Assembly (NCBI GenBank): GCA_937927825.1
Contig: CALFWV010000042.1
Coordinates: forward strand, 9,980 to 73,979
Length of the DNA: 64,000 nt
Origin: an uncultured Caulobacterales bacterium
Lineage (GTDB): Bacteria > Pseudomonadota > Alphaproteobacteria > Caulobacterales > Maricaulaceae
Reading direction: 5' to 3'
Made by a program: the position numbers and the translations under genes. The notes beneath the pieces were generated by a model. That model worked only from the letters and a program-made list of their open reading frames with translations. It was not told the DNA's origin and ran no database searches. Below are positions 56,931 to 64,000 of this stretch, piece by piece (within the stretch, counting starts at the first letter, position 1; every line of letters begins with the position of its first letter).

Positions 56931-57554
56931 ATGACAAAATCTAATTCGCCCGCTCCGCCGGGGTTCAAACATCTCCCCCTGTATTTCTCGCCGGAAGAAC
57001 AGGCCGAATTAATTGCCTGCGTGAAAACGGGAACGCAGACCGCGCCGTTTTTTCAACCAACCATGCCGCGAACGGGGACGCCACTATCCGTCGTTATGAG
57101 TAATTTTGGGACGCTGGGCTGGGTTACAGACCGCGAGGACGGATATCGCTATCAGGCTGCGCATCCCAAAACCGGTGAAGCTTGGCCGCCCTTGCCGGAT
57201 TTACTCATCAAGCTTTGGCAAGACGTGAGCGACTGGCCCGACCTGCCCGAAGCCTGCCTGATTAATTGGTATCGCGAGGGATCAAAAATGGGCGCACATG
57301 TGGACCGAGATGAGCTCGCCGTGAACGCACCCGTCGTGTCTGTCAGCCTCGGCGATCCGGCGATGTTCCGCATTGGCGGGCCAAAGCGCGGCGGGCCTAC
57401 CCATGGTATAAAATTGATGAGCGGCGATGTCGTTGTCATGGGCGGGGCCTCGCGGCAGTGCTACCACAGCGTCTCGAAAATCTATTTAGGAGAAAGCGCG
57501 CTGGTCCCGAAAGGCGGGCGGATAAACCTGACGATGCGGCGCGTGAACCCCTAG
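56931..57554 (+). CDS. alkB: Alpha-ketoglutarate-dependent dioxygenase, AlkB family
   Basis: ACLINWY...MGAHVDRDE (HxD), VVSVSLG, CYHSV, RINLTMRR. Start MTKS at 56931. Confidence 0.88.
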   Translation: MTKSNSPAPPGFKHLPLYFSPEEQAELIACVKTGTQTAPFFQPTMPRTGTPLSVVMSNFGTLGWVTDREDGYRYQAAHPKTGEAWPPLPDLLIKLWQDVSDWPDLPEACLINWYREGSKMGAHVDRDELAVNAPVVSVSLGDPAMFRIGGPKRGGPTHGIKLMSGDVVVMGGASRQCYHSVSKIYLGESALVPKGGRINLTMRRVNP

Positions 57555-57602
57555 ACGCCGCCCCCTTGACCCCTTCGGCTAAACAGCCCAAAGGCGCGCG
57601 CC

Positions 57603-57854
57603 ATGACCTTGTCTACCCCTACACTTCCCGATGTAATCGGCTTGATTGGTGTTCTCATCATCTTAATCACCTATGGCGCACTGACCCTTGAAAAGATGGA
57701 CCCAAAGGGTTGGCGCTATAGCGCGGGTAATGGCCTCGGCGCGGTGCTTATTCTCATCTCACTCTATTTCAGTTTTAACCTTGCCAGCTTCGTTATCGAA
57801 ATCGCATGGCTGGCGATTAGCGGTTTTGGCTTGTGGAAAGCGTGGCGGCGTTAG
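57603..57854 (+). CDS. Small membrane protein, CBU_0592 family
   Basis: DVIGLIGVLIILITY...YSAGNGLGAVLILISL..FNLASFVIEIAWLAIS. Confidence 0.82.
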   Translation: MTLSTPTLPDVIGLIGVLIILITYGALTLEKMDPKGWRYSAGNGLGAVLILISLYFSFNLASFVIEIAWLAISGFGLWKAWRR

Positions 57855-57925
57855 ATACTCAAATACTGAAATGCGCGCCTCTCGGTTTTCTATAAAAGCG
57901 TGCTAATTATACTCGGACGCAATCT

Positions 57926-59206
57926 ATGACACTCTTTACCCCCCTCACCTTGCCCAATGGCGTCACCGTTCAGAACCGGCTGTGCAAAGCCGCGATGGAG
58001 GAGAATATGGCCGAAGCGGGACAGGTTCCGGGGACGGCGCTTATCAATCTTTACACGGCGTGGTCCAATGCAGCGGCCGCCGCTAACGCAGGCCCGGGGA
58101 TTATTCTGTCCGGCAATGTCATGGTCGATCCGACGGCCATGACGGGGCCGGGCGGCGTGGTTTTGGAAGCGGGAACGTTGGACGACCCAACCACGCGAAC
58201 ACAATTTGAGACCTGGGCCAAAACCGGACAGGCTGGCGGGTCCAAATTCGTCATGCAAATTTCCCATCCCGGGCGGCAGGTCTTTGCGAATATGGGGACA
58301 CAGCCCGTCTCGGCCTCTGATACAAAAGTCAATTTGGAAGGCATGGCGAGCAAGATGTTCACCGACGCGCGCGCCCTGACCGAGGATGAAATACGCGGGC
58401 TCATCCGCCGCTTTGCGGAAACGGCGCTCGCCGCGCAGGCCGCCGGCTTTGACGGCGTGCAGGTTCACGCCGCGCATGGCTATCTGGTTGCGCAATTTCT
58501 GTCGCCGCTGACCAATTTGCGCGAGGACGCCTGGGGCGGATTGCTGGAAAACCGTGCCCGTTTCTTGCTGGAAATTATTCGCGCGATCCGGGACCGCGTG
58601 AATGCTGATTTTATTGTGGGCGTGAAATTAAATAGCGCAGATTTCCAACGCGGCGGATTTGACGTGGCCGACTCAGAGCAGGTTGTGGACTGGCTCAATG
58701 CAGAAGCCGTGGATTTCATCGAAATCTCTGGCGGAAGTTACGAAAGCGCCGCCATGATGGGCAATTCAGAAGATGGCCGCGTTGAAAGGTCGACAGAAAA
58801 ACGCGAGCTCTTCTTTTTTGATTTTGCCAAACGTATTTCCGAAACCGCCAATATGCCGGTCATGGTCACCGGCGGCGTCACAAAACGTAGTACGGCCGAG
58901 ATGGCACTCGATGAAGCCGGCGTGGACATGGTCGGGATTGGGCGGGCCTTTGCCTATAACCCGACACTGGTTGCAGATTGGCGCGAGGGTGACGCCCTGC
59001 AGATCACAATTGGCCGCGCGGGATGGAAGGACAAGGCGATGGGCTCCCTCGCGGGGATGGCGATGACAAAGCAACAGCTTTACCGGCTGGGCGACGGCCT
59101 CACTGTAAAGCGCAAACAAAATGCTTTGCTCGCTCTCATCGGACAGCAAATAAAAACCGCAAAATTGACGAAGCGATATAAGGCTTGGCTCGACGCCAAA
59201 GATTAA
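57926..59206 (+). CDS. NADH:flavin oxidoreductase / old yellow enzyme family
   Basis: NRLCKAAMEE, MQISHPGRQ, GFDGVQVHAAHGYLVAQFLSPLTNLREDAWGG, GVKLNSADFQRGG. Confidence 0.94.
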   Translation: MTLFTPLTLPNGVTVQNRLCKAAMEENMAEAGQVPGTALINLYTAWSNAAAAANAGPGIILSGNVMVDPTAMTGPGGVVLEAGTLDDPTTRTQFETWAKTGQAGGSKFVMQISHPGRQVFANMGTQPVSASDTKVNLEGMASKMFTDARALTEDEIRGLIRRFAETALAAQAAGFDGVQVHAAHGYLVAQFLSPLTNLREDAWGGLLENRARFLLEIIRAIRDRVNADFIVGVKLNSADFQRGGFDVADSEQVVDWLNAEAVDFIEISGGSYESAAMMGNSEDGRVERSTEKRELFFFDFAKRISETANMPVMVTGGVTKRSTAEMALDEAGVDMVGIGRAFAYNPTLVADWREGDALQITIGRAGWKDKAMGSLAGMAMTKQQLYRLGDGLTVKRKQNALLALIGQQIKTAKLTKRYKAWLDAKD

Positions 59207-59289
59207 ATTATTTATGATTTCCTAACCATAATTTGAAATCGGATTTTTGCCATTATCGCCTAGCCTGACATCAGGGAGCGACCGGGCAT

Positions 59290-60144
59290 ATGAGCAATGA
59301 TTTTGATATTCGGGATTTCCGAAACGCAGGCAAAGCGGAAGAAGGTGTCACTGCGGAAAAGAGTAACCGCGGTTTTTATACGCTCGTGATTTCCATTCCC
59401 GTCTTCGCGGCCCTCGCGGGGCTGGGCTATAAACCGCTTATGAATCTTCGCGGCAATAATCTTGATGCCGCGCAGACCGCGCAAGCGGAATATGAAGCCG
59501 AACGCCGCGCAAATAATCCCCTATATGCCCTCAGAAACCCAAAAAAAAACGCGGATGGATTGATCGATCCAAACACAATGTTTGGCACAGGCGGAGCGCC
59601 TTCGCCTGAAGCCAAAGCGCGCAGAGATATAATGAAACGGGCTTTGAGCCCGGAAGAATTCCTCAACCGTGTAGATGCAAAACTCCATGGTTTTAGCGAG
59701 CTGCGGATGGAAACTCTCAAATATGAGAGAGTGATGTCCGCTTTATCGACCTGCGGTTATGCAGATCTGCGGAATTTTTATATTCGTCAAAACAAAGCGC
59801 AATATGAAAAGTTACAAGCGGTTCTGGACGAGGCGAAGGCGGCTAGATCGGCCATAAGAGCCGTCGAGCAAGAGAAGCATGCCAAGAAGGCCGAGAAGCA
59901 TTTCAATCAAATGAAGAATATCGAAACGAAAGGTCAGGCTCTTGCTTTTGTAGCAAGCGGTGGCGCGGGTCGTCACATGGACGCCGTCGGTGGTTTTAGC
60001 GCCATGTCCGGTATGATGGGAGATGGGGTTTCATATAAGATTCGTAAGCGCAAACAAGGCTACGGTAAGAGAGGTTGCAGCCGTGTTCGAACCATCATTC
60101 AAAGCGGTTCGATGAAGATCAAACCGAATGTCGGCTTGAAGTAA
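59290..60144 (+). CDS. Hypothetical protein, single N-terminal TM, helical
   Basis: GFYTLVISIPVFAALAGLGY anchor; long open frame with GGGAG RBS; no family recognised. Confidence 0.75.
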   Translation: MSNDFDIRDFRNAGKAEEGVTAEKSNRGFYTLVISIPVFAALAGLGYKPLMNLRGNNLDAAQTAQAEYEAERRANNPLYALRNPKKNADGLIDPNTMFGTGGAPSPEAKARRDIMKRALSPEEFLNRVDAKLHGFSELRMETLKYERVMSALSTCGYADLRNFYIRQNKAQYEKLQAVLDEAKAARSAIRAVEQEKHAKKAEKHFNQMKNIETKGQALAFVASGGAGRHMDAVGGFSAMSGMMGDGVSYKIRKRKQGYGKRGCSRVRTIIQSGSMKIKPNVGLK

Positions 60145-60170
60145 AACCTAAACGCCCGCACAAATGCCCC

Positions 60171-60719
60171 GTGACGGAAAATAGAAAATTTCATTTAGAA
60201 ACAGAACGTCTGTTCCTGTCGCCTTGGCTGATGTCAGATAGGGCCCTCCTTATCGGATTATACGCGGACCCGCTCGCCAGTCGTGATTTTGGACGAACCT
60301 TACGCCCGGATGAGTCCGAGAAAACTTTTGAAAAATATCTTACCGCTTTTTCGGCTTATGGTTTCACGCGCTGGAAACTCGCCCTGAAAGACGGAACCTT
60401 TATCGGCACAACGGGCGTGATGCGCGTTATCAATCATCAAGCGCTCGGCACGCATGATGAAATTGGGTGGCGTTTGCTGCCCGCATTTTGGGGCCATGGC
60501 TATGCGACAGAGGCCGCCCGCGCGGCACAAGCGGATGCACAGGGACGGTGCGGTTTACGGGATATTTTGACCTATACCGCGCCCGATAACCCTGCATCTG
60601 AAGCCGTGATGAAACGCTTAGGATATTTACGCGCCCCTGAAAGAGATTTTTCCGCACGCTATTCTACCGTCGTGGGCCTGTGGCACGGCCGGGTCTGGAG
60701 GGTGCCAAATCCGAACTGA
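60171..60719 (+). CDS. GNAT family N-acetyltransferase (RimJ/RimL-like)
   Basis: LETERLFLSPW, EIGWRLLPAFWGHGYATEAARA, NPASEAVMKRLG. GTG start at 60171 is likely. Confidence 0.9.
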   Translation: MTENRKFHLETERLFLSPWLMSDRALLIGLYADPLASRDFGRTLRPDESEKTFEKYLTAFSAYGFTRWKLALKDGTFIGTTGVMRVINHQALGTHDEIGWRLLPAFWGHGYATEAARAAQADAQGRCGLRDILTYTAPDNPASEAVMKRLGYLRAPERDFSARYSTVVGLWHGRVWRVPNPN

Positions 60720-60725
60720 GATAAG

Positions 60726-61214
60726 CTAGAATTTCGTTCCACCCTTCATTTGGCCCCCGCGCCAAATCATCAATAAAAGCGCGGACACCCAAACGCCGCA
60801 TGCCATGAAAAACAGTAAAGGCCCTTCCGCTAAAATGCTTTGGCCATCTGCGCTCCATTCCGTTGGGGTATGAATGCCGAGCGGCGTAAAGAGATGGAAA
60901 ACAATCGCGCCGCTCATCACGCCAAAGGCGATGAGCGCGCCCAGAAACTGACTGCGTGCAGCATTGCGCGGTGATTTTTTGACCGTGAAAATCAAAGGCA
61001 TTATTAGGACCAAAAGACTGGATGCTAATTCCGCCAATCCAATGACCCATGGTCCGGCGGGATAAAACAATCCAATCCCTGACCAATCTTTTAATGTCGT
61101 AAAGATATGCTGCGGCGTCGGATGTCCCGTGAATTTAAACCGCAAACTATCAACGAAAATTATCGTTATATAGAGGGCAATCGCCCAGCTCGCATATTTC
61201 ATTATTTTTGACAT
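60726..61214 (-). CDS. DoxX-like membrane protein
   Basis: FVDSLRFKFTG..QHIF, GPWVIGLAELASSLL, MSGAIVFHLFTPLGI. Start MSKIMK at 61214. Confidence 0.8.
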   Translation of the reverse strand: MSKIMKYASWAIALYITIIFVDSLRFKFTGHPTPQHIFTTLKDWSGIGLFYPAGPWVIGLAELASSLLVLIMPLIFTVKKSPRNAARSQFLGALIAFGVMSGAIVFHLFTPLGIHTPTEWSADGQSILAEGPLLFFMACGVWVSALLLMIWRGGQMKGGTKF

Positions 61215-61275
61215 AATCTCTCTCCGGGGCTCGCGGCAGATTGTCCCACCTGCTGCGTTCAAGTCAAAGGAATTC

Positions 61276-61301
61276 GGAACAGTTTCGGGTGAAAGTCCGT
61301 T
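61276..61301 (+). promoter_or_regulatory. EcfG/sigmaT general-stress promoter
   Basis: GGAAC-N17-CGTT, 33 nt upstream of the general-stress protein ATG. Confidence 0.72.
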
Positions 61302-61334
61302 ATTATGCCGTAATTGGTAAATTTGGAGAGACAC

Positions 61335-61847
61335 ATGACCGATATGAACGCTTTTAAAAAGAACCCTCAAAAACATCTGCTGGAACAGCTGTCTGAGGCG
61401 CGCTGCGTCATGCTTGGCTCTCCTAATCCGTCTGAGCATATGCAACCTATGTCCCCGCAATTAGATGAGGACCTTATCGAAAATCATGCGGGTACGGTTT
61501 ATTTTTATTCAGACCGAAGTTCGGATTTAGGCAAGGCTGTTCTCGCGAATCCGACATATGTGATGATGACCTATATGACCAAGGATTATCAAACCTGCGC
61601 GAATGGATATTTGTCCGCCGTAACAGAAAGCGGATTGGTCGAACGGTTTTGGAACCCCATTGTCGCCAGCTGGTACCCCGGCGGAACGACCGATGAAAAT
61701 ATGCTGATGTTGAAGTTCGAAATCAGGGAGGCCGCAATCTGGGCCAGCTCCGGCAATCCGCTGAATTTTCTCTATGAAACGGCGAAAGCCAATCTGACCG
61801 ATACGACACCCGACGTTGGCGGACGCGCCCATATCAAAGTCGCGTAA
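61335..61847 (+). CDS. Pyridoxamine 5'-phosphate oxidase-like / general stress protein 26 family
   Basis: CVMLG...HMQPMSPQ, VERFWNPIVASWYPGG..DENMLMLKF...AIWAS. GGAGAG RBS before ATG 61335. Confidence 0.88.
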   Translation: MTDMNAFKKNPQKHLLEQLSEARCVMLGSPNPSEHMQPMSPQLDEDLIENHAGTVYFYSDRSSDLGKAVLANPTYVMMTYMTKDYQTCANGYLSAVTESGLVERFWNPIVASWYPGGTTDENMLMLKFEIREAAIWASSGNPLNFLYETAKANLTDTTPDVGGRAHIKVA

Positions 61848-61885
61848 GGACTATAAATTGAGTGGATCAACGCCCACTCCAATGT

Positions 61886-61921
61886 GCAAAACCCGGCCCG
61901 CTCTGCGCGCTGGGTTTTCGC
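61886..61921 (+). terminator. Intrinsic terminator after the general stress gene
   Basis: AAAACCCGGC-CCGCTCTGCGC-GCTGGGTTTT. Confidence 0.65.
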
Positions 61922-62714
61922 ATTTTATGGGAAAACACCGCCTCCCGTCTTGGGTTAAACCGGGCGAAATCCAAACGTACAAATTTATATCCTCGTTTTG
62001 CGGCCCCGAATTGGGATACAAAATTTCATAATTTCAATCGCTTATAAAAAACCCGAAAAGATGCATCTGCACTTTAGGTTTTGTCCCGCATATTTACGCT
62101 TGTCTTCTTCCACAGGGCGGTCAGGTGCACATTGACTAGGTGCAGTTCTGTTTGATGAGGTATCGAAAATTTGGAGAAGCTTACCCATTTTTCGATGCTT
62201 TGTTTTAAAAGAAATAGAAATGCACGACCGGGAAGAAGCGGCGCTTGTCATTGGAACTTTGGGGGTGATGTCCCAGCGGCTTGGGTGGCCTATCGCGAGC
62301 TTATTAGGTCTCGACTACCTAGTCAGTTGATTTCTGCTTTACAGAAATAAACGAATCGGTAGCGCAAAAGGCGTCGTCGTGTGGGGCTCTCTGACAATAA
62401 GTGCATTTTCTGTTTAACAGGAATTGCACCAGTTGGGAAGGCTCAAAGCATTCGCATATCGCATTCACATTCGCAGAGCCTAACCACCCACACGAACATC
62501 CCTTCTAATTTTAAAACTGAGAGACAACGGAACGACAGAGAGAAACGAAATGAGATAAGACCAAACATATGTCATCCCGCATCGCTGTTTGTTTCGTCAA
62601 ACAACCAACAAAGCGAAGATGCGAGACCTATCGCATATAAAATCAAGCTTTCGTTCAAAGTCGGCAGGTCCCGGGCTAAAGGTCGGGAGGACATTGGGCG
62701 ATATATGTCATGCC

Positions 62715-63491
62715 CTAAAGCACCGTGCCTTCAACTTCGGTCTCAAGCTCTTTGAGACGGTCTTTCACGACCTTTAGCTCCGGATATAAACGGTTCGCTT
62801 CGCGGTAGGCCTCCAGCGCGTCGTCGGGTCGGTTTAGGACCTCAAACACATTGCCCAAGGTCCAGAGCGTGTAAAAATGGCGCGGTTCTAATGTCAGCGT
62901 TTTCAGGCTTTCGTTCAGCGCGCGGTTATATTGTTTTTGCGTCAGGGCCAATCGGGCTGATCGCGCCCAAGCCTCCGCGAAGTCCGGCGAGAGATCCACG
63001 GCATGATTATACATTTTCCGTGCGAGGTCCGGGTCGCCTTTTGCGCTCGCCTCTGACCCGCGCCGTAAAAGAAGATTGACAGAGGCAGAGCCGCTTTCCA
63101 TCCAAATCGCTACGATTTCTTCTGCAACGAGATTGGCGCTTTCCTCATCTTCTCGCTCGGCCAGCTTTACGAAAAGATCATCCAGCCGCGCGGTGCGTTC
63201 AGCCTTTGGTGAGAGTTTTGAATAATCCGGTGCGAGCGCTTCCGGAACAACATCCTCGCCCTCTATTTTTCCGGACTCGCCGGATAGAGACCCCTCATCC
63301 GCTGCGTCTTGATCTGCCGTATCCTCGTTTGGGGCAGGGGCAGGCTTAATTTTCAAGCGCTCCGGTATTGTCTGCGGAGCGGGGAGAGGGTCAGGTTCGG
63401 GTAAAACCTGCGCGGCCGCGGAAATCGGCATCGCAAGAAACAGGGGCGCGAAAAGCCAGGCTGTGAGAATTATACGCATCTTTGATAGCAT
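62715..63491 (-). CDS. Tetratricopeptide repeat protein, probably secreted
   Basis: Signal ...MPISAAAQ, Pro-rich linker, RLDDLFVKL, IWMESGSASVNLL, PDFAEAWARSA, LEPRHFYTLWTLG. Start is ATG 63491 or 63479. Confidence 0.85.
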   Translation of the reverse strand: MLSKMRIILTAWLFAPLFLAMPISAAAQVLPEPDPLPAPQTIPERLKIKPAPAPNEDTADQDAADEGSLSGESGKIEGEDVVPEALAPDYSKLSPKAERTARLDDLFVKLAEREDEESANLVAEEIVAIWMESGSASVNLLLRRGSEASAKGDPDLARKMYNHAVDLSPDFAEAWARSARLALTQKQYNRALNESLKTLTLEPRHFYTLWTLGNVFEVLNRPDDALEAYREANRLYPELKVVKDRLKELETEVEGTVL

Positions 63492-63586
63492 GAGGCCCCT
63501 CGCCATCTCTGGCAAGGGGCCTCATGTAAACTTTCAGTTAGGTCCAGACGAACTGTGCAACAGACCGTCATGTCCCAACGAAGGGG

Positions 63587-63712
63587 TTAGCCCTGACGCG
63601 CTTTAAAGCGAGGGTCAGTCTTGTTGATCACGTAAAGACGGCCCTTGCGACGAACGATTTGGCAATCGCGATGGCGGCCCTTTAGCGATTTCAGCGAGCT
63701 ACGAACTTTCAT
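63587..63712 (-). CDS. rpmJ: 50S ribosomal protein L36, zinc-independent (C-minus, YkgO-type)
   Basis: Below the ORF-track size cutoff. Manual translation: [41 protein letters not shown]. Confidence 0.97.
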   Translation of the reverse strand: MKVRSSLKSLKGRHRDCQIVRRKGRLYVINKTDPRFKARQG

Positions 63713-64000
63713 GGCGATGCCTTCATCAATTAGGTTGAATTCGAACGCGGCGTATAGGGGCGGTTTAGCAAGCTGTCAACGCGGGAACTGTGGACTCATA
63801 ACGCCCCCTCTAATGCGGAAAAGACCTGGGTTTAAAACGGCAACGCCAGACAAAAACCCTCAGACGCCGATACACGCAGCGAGGACGGGATGGGTCTTTC
63901 CCCCGTGCAAGGTCCAGAATTTTTTACCGGAACCGTCTGAAGTCTTGAATGTCACTTCGGACGAAACCTATGAAACGTCTTAACACGGATTAACCATCTT

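Noticed and set aside
62381-62755. 124-aa plus-strand ORF
   Set aside because: No RBS, atypical composition, and overlap with the convergent TPR gene end; probably spurious.
63934-63963. 10-bp hairpin CGTCTGAAGT/ACTTCGGACG
   Set aside because: No adjacent U-tract and its context is cut off by the window edge; function cannot be assigned.
63980-63997. CtrA site TTAA-CACGGA-TTAACCAT at the right edge
   Set aside because: The spacer is 6 nt rather than 7, only a half site matches, and the downstream gene is outside the window.
1-64000. tRNA, rRNA, tmRNA, CRISPR arrays, IS elements, integrases, prophage genes
   Set aside because: None recognised in any intergenic region or ORF; no regularly spaced repeats or terminal inverted repeats seen.

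Overview
A 64 kb stretch of an alphaproteobacterial chromosome. The gene set and motifs (ptsP with GAF domain, DUF4167, RpoH/EcfG/CtrA-type promoters) suggest a Caulobacterales/Maricaulales-like, probably marine organism; this is inference, not a database result. The window is mostly housekeeping: ptsP (truncated by the window edge), rimM, metK, ahcY, rdgB, hemW, infC, prmC, clpB, hisS, pgi, rph, trmB, lnt, corC, ybeY, dnaJ, dnaK and rpmJ (missed by the ORF track), with envelope, secreted and lipoprotein genes between them. I found no rRNA, tRNA, CRISPR array or intact mobile element. Best leads: (1) a translationally coupled two-gene operon encoding a membrane-anchored GrpE-like protein and a divergent Hsp70-family ATPase whose substrate-binding domain is replaced by a helical/hydrophobic region, with no J-protein, separate from the canonical dnaK/dnaJ; (2) a 470-bp intergenic region with four 11-bp-phased Pho-box repeats followed by two tandem candidate small RNAs with C/U-rich anti-Shine-Dalgarno loops; (3) a transporter-esterase-avidin operon whose avidin lacks the Asn118/Asp128-equivalent biotin contact; (4) a PLP decarboxylase with the CSAD/ADC-type F-x19-S-x-Y signature; (5) a ~130-nt rod-shaped candidate ncRNA downstream of pgi; (6) a membrane protein with an AT-hook-like tail, preceded by a 13-bp tandem repeat. 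Several normally conserved alphaproteobacterial operons appear broken up here. All protein family calls come from motif recognition by eye.
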